NCBI GenBank assembly: GCA_002633005.1
Contig: NMRA01000153.1
Coordinates: 187,893-251,892 of the forward strand
Reading direction: 5' to 3'
From: Phoronis australis
Taxonomy: Eukaryota; Animalia; Phoronida
DNA: 64,000 bases
The position numbers and the translations under genes were made by a program. How positions within the stretch are numbered: the stretch's first letter is position 1; every line of letters starts with the position of its first letter. The notes beneath the pieces are model-generated. The model worked only from the letters and a program-made list of their open reading frames with translations. It was not told the origin of the DNA and ran no database searches. Positions 61,081-64,000 of this stretch are shown in pieces.

Positions 61081-61207
61081 AAAAATTACAAAAGACTTTA
61101 GAAATAGAAAAGAAACATCTGGAAATCACAGAAGGGGGCGTGCGACTTCGTTTAACCATTGTTGACACTCCGGGATTCAATGATGGCCTGGACTCGGAAA
61201 ATGAGAG
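61081..61207 (+). CDS. SEPT4/SEPT5-like septin (gene 2) exon, G3 motif
   Basis: ttttgcag/gtatga; EKLQKTLEIEKKHLEITEGGVRLRLTIVDTPGFNDGLDSENES; homologous to exon 127-250. Confidence 0.93.
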
Positions 61208-63054
61208 GTATGATGTCTTAATTTCGTAGTTGGAATTATTCTATTGGTCCATGACCCAGTGTCCAGTACTGAAGTCGCCTAAATGTTTATATAGGTTACC
61301 ATTCTGTCACAAAATCACATCTCCTTTGTTATTGTTTAAGTGCATTTATTTAATGGTCAATTCAAGTGGGCAGCTTACTTGATCTGCAAGCTTAATTACA
61401 TCTGTAAACAAGAATTTTTATCGTGGTGATGAACCATGGCTTCGGAATGAAGTGAATGACCAGTCTTTGAAAGTCTTCACTGCTCTTGAACTGGGAAAGT
61501 AGTCCCTTGTGAACTCTGGCCTAAATTCTTCAAGCTGGTTCAGAGAAAAATTGCTAAAATTTTATTTTTCAACAACTTTCCAATCTCCAAAAATTTACCA
61601 AGTGTTGGGTGACAGCGGTAGCTACATATCAAACCAAGTAAAACTTGCCTACTGTTTTATTTGAAAAGTATAGACTATTCGATTTTCTTGTTTTTCAAAG
61701 ACTGCAAGCTGTGATATTTAAGAACAGACATTTTGTTGAAATGAAATAAATTTTGTTCCTATAATAGAGGCCACATTTCTGTCCTACAAAAAACATTTAA
61801 ATATTAAGTTGAAAGCCTGAGAAAACATTAAAAAAATTAACAAATTATTCATTATCATTTTTGACATCAGCTTAATGAATTTGAATATGGNAAAGCTAAA
61901 CTTTGAAGTGTCTAAAAAGTAGGTCACACCAGTGCAGTGTGCAGTTTTAAACCATATATAAATACCTCCAGCATGACCATCCTTATGATAAGACACAAGA
62001 CAATGTCAATAACTGACATTCAACATTTGCGTGGAGTTTGGAGTTTATAATGTGGATAACACTGGGAACTGTCTGCCTACTTCAAGTGACATTTTCTGAC
62101 TTATTATAAACCATTATTGGAGTTTTCTGCTGTCATAGGCGGGGGCATTTATGCAGAAAATATCAGTTTAGGGACCTGAAGTCTGGTGACAAATAAATGC
62201 TTGTATGTTTCAACTCCGCATGCAAATTGAAACTGGAAGACAGTTACACAACACATCAATGTATGATTGTTGCCAGTGGTAGGGTTTCATTGTTGAAAAT
62301 TCCCTTTGGTTTTGGTTTTGCTGTCCATTTCTCATGATACTGGGGAAAGTTTTGGGATTCAAGCTTGCATCCCCTATTGAAATATTTTAATCATCATTCT
62401 ATTCACTGTCATATTTATTACACTGGAGCTTATAAATGGCATTTTGAATAAGGGTGTGTAAAACAATTATGACTGGTGTGGAGTTCTGTAATAATCAACA
62501 ATGAATCACCATTTGTAACTTGTGACCAAGAAACTGAATGCTCATGTTTTTTATTTTGTTTACATGCCCCCTGAATACTAGGGCTGGAGCTTTTAAAATT
62601 GAAGGGTATTGTATAAATATCATGAGCAAGGGATTTCCTATATTCCTATCTTTAGTAAGGAAACTGCAGTAGTTGATGTCTATTTCTAGTTTTCATATCC
62701 ATGACTCTTATTGCCTGGCATTGCTATTGTGACTACCCATCCACAGAGAAACACTCCACTTTCACCTGCCACTGACAAACAAAGCATTCATTATCTAATA
62801 GTCTGTTAATGTTTTGTTAGACTTTAGTTTATGTATGTGAAACAGATGAAATCAGTGGTACAGTCTATGTTATGGATATTGATTTTTCAGGTAATTGCTG
62901 ATCTCACATTTCTACCAAATTCCTTTTTATAATCTTGTGCTTGTTTTATCGCCTACCCCCTGATTTTTTAGTTTCCCAATTTAAAGGCTGTGTTCCTTAA
63001 CTGGGATGTGGTTAGGTATGCTTAAGGCATTAATTTTTTATTTTAATTACGCAG

Positions 63055-63189
63055 TTTCAAGCCTGTAGACGATTACATAAATCAACAGTTTGACCAGTAC
63101 TATAAAGATGAGTCGGGGATCAACAGGCGTAACATAGTGGACAACAGAGTGCATTGTTGTTTGTACTTTGTCTCACCGCTCGGCCACGG
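63055..63189 (+). CDS. SEPT4/SEPT5-like septin (gene 2) exon; gene continues beyond the window
   Basis: tacgcag/gtaagt; [45 protein letters not shown]; same 135-bp size and phases as exon 711-845. Confidence 0.95.
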
Positions 63190-63725
63190 GTAAGTGCTCG
63201 CATATTTCAGATAAAATATGATGGACATGTGAAATTGTATTTTTTTAAATTTTTATAAAAATAGATAACACCAAACAAGTGCTTATTGTTTTAAAGTTTT
63301 AGATCGTACTATCAGTCCATGCTTTGAGAAATTGTAGGCATTCACAATATTATAATAGCATGTGAAACATGAACACAGATCAAATTTTGTTGTTGTCCGA
63401 AATTTGGTGAAGTTTTACCACAGTATTATTTTCATTCACTTTTCGAAAACTCTTCACTCATCATTGTTTCGCTATAATTTTTGAAAAGCTGATTACGTAC
63501 ATTGCTGCGCAGAATGGAAACTTTTAACAAATGTTTTTATGACCTTTACGTGGACTGTGTAAATCAAGTTAATCATACTAAGCTAAAATTTTTATCTGCT
63601 TCTGTTGAGAAATTTGGCAAGTAAAATTTCCCATCTACATCTCAATCGTGTGCTGTGTTTTTGTTCATGTTTTTTTGATTTAACTCTTTGTTTTTGATTG
63701 TTAGTACGCTAAGTTAACATTCCTA

Positions 63726-64000
63726 ATTACTCATGATAACGTGATCAAGTCATTGATTACTCATGATAATGTGATCAAGTCATTGATTACGCATGATAAT
63801 GTGATCAAGTCATTGATTACTCATGATAATGTGATCAAGTCATTGATTACGCATGATAATGTGATCAAGTCATTGATTACGCATGATAATGTAATCAAGT
63901 CATTGATTACGCATGATAATGTGATCAAGTCATTGATTACTCATGATAATGTGATCAAGTCATTGATTACGCATGATAATGTGATCAAGTCATTGATTAC
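63726..64000. repeat. 30-bp tandem repeat running off the window
   Basis: Unit cattgattac(g/t)catgataatgtgatcaagt, about 9 near-identical copies. Confidence 0.97.

Noticed and set aside
443-61996. Most ORFs in the supplied six-frame track
   Set aside because: Short, without recognisable domains; many are antisense shadows of septin exons or fall in repeats and microsatellites
55180-62896. Y-tract CAG/GTAA motifs (about 55192 and 62890) as recursive splice sites
   Set aside because: Imperfect donors, one in a short intron; expected by chance in AT-rich DNA

Overview
AT-rich, intron-rich animal (probably marine invertebrate) genomic DNA. It holds two tandem, same-strand septin genes of the SEPT2 group. 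The first is the 3' part of a SEPT2-like gene (9 coding exons, 127-27522). The second is the 5' part of a SEPT4/5-like paralogue (exons 55631-63189, one GC-AG intron), which runs off the window. Both are set among non-autonomous DNA transposons (piggyBac, hAT-like, Harbinger-like, Tc1/mariner-pogo-like with HIRAN-like cargo) and minisatellites. The most striking feature lies in the 14.8-kb septin intron (2622-17397). It appears to contain a self-contained antisense transcription unit: five repeated GGATTA-containing modules (6.7-15.8 kb), then a CCAAT x3/TATA/Inr promoter (+1 near 6548) and a short first exon with a GTGAGT donor. Directly downstream is a ~3.1-kb array (3237-6334) of about 15 pre-miRNA-like hairpins in at least three paralogous families. 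Seven hairpins carry a 5p arm starting UUUGGCA, the miR-96/182 seed. All folding and alignments were done by eye; no small-RNA or database evidence was available.
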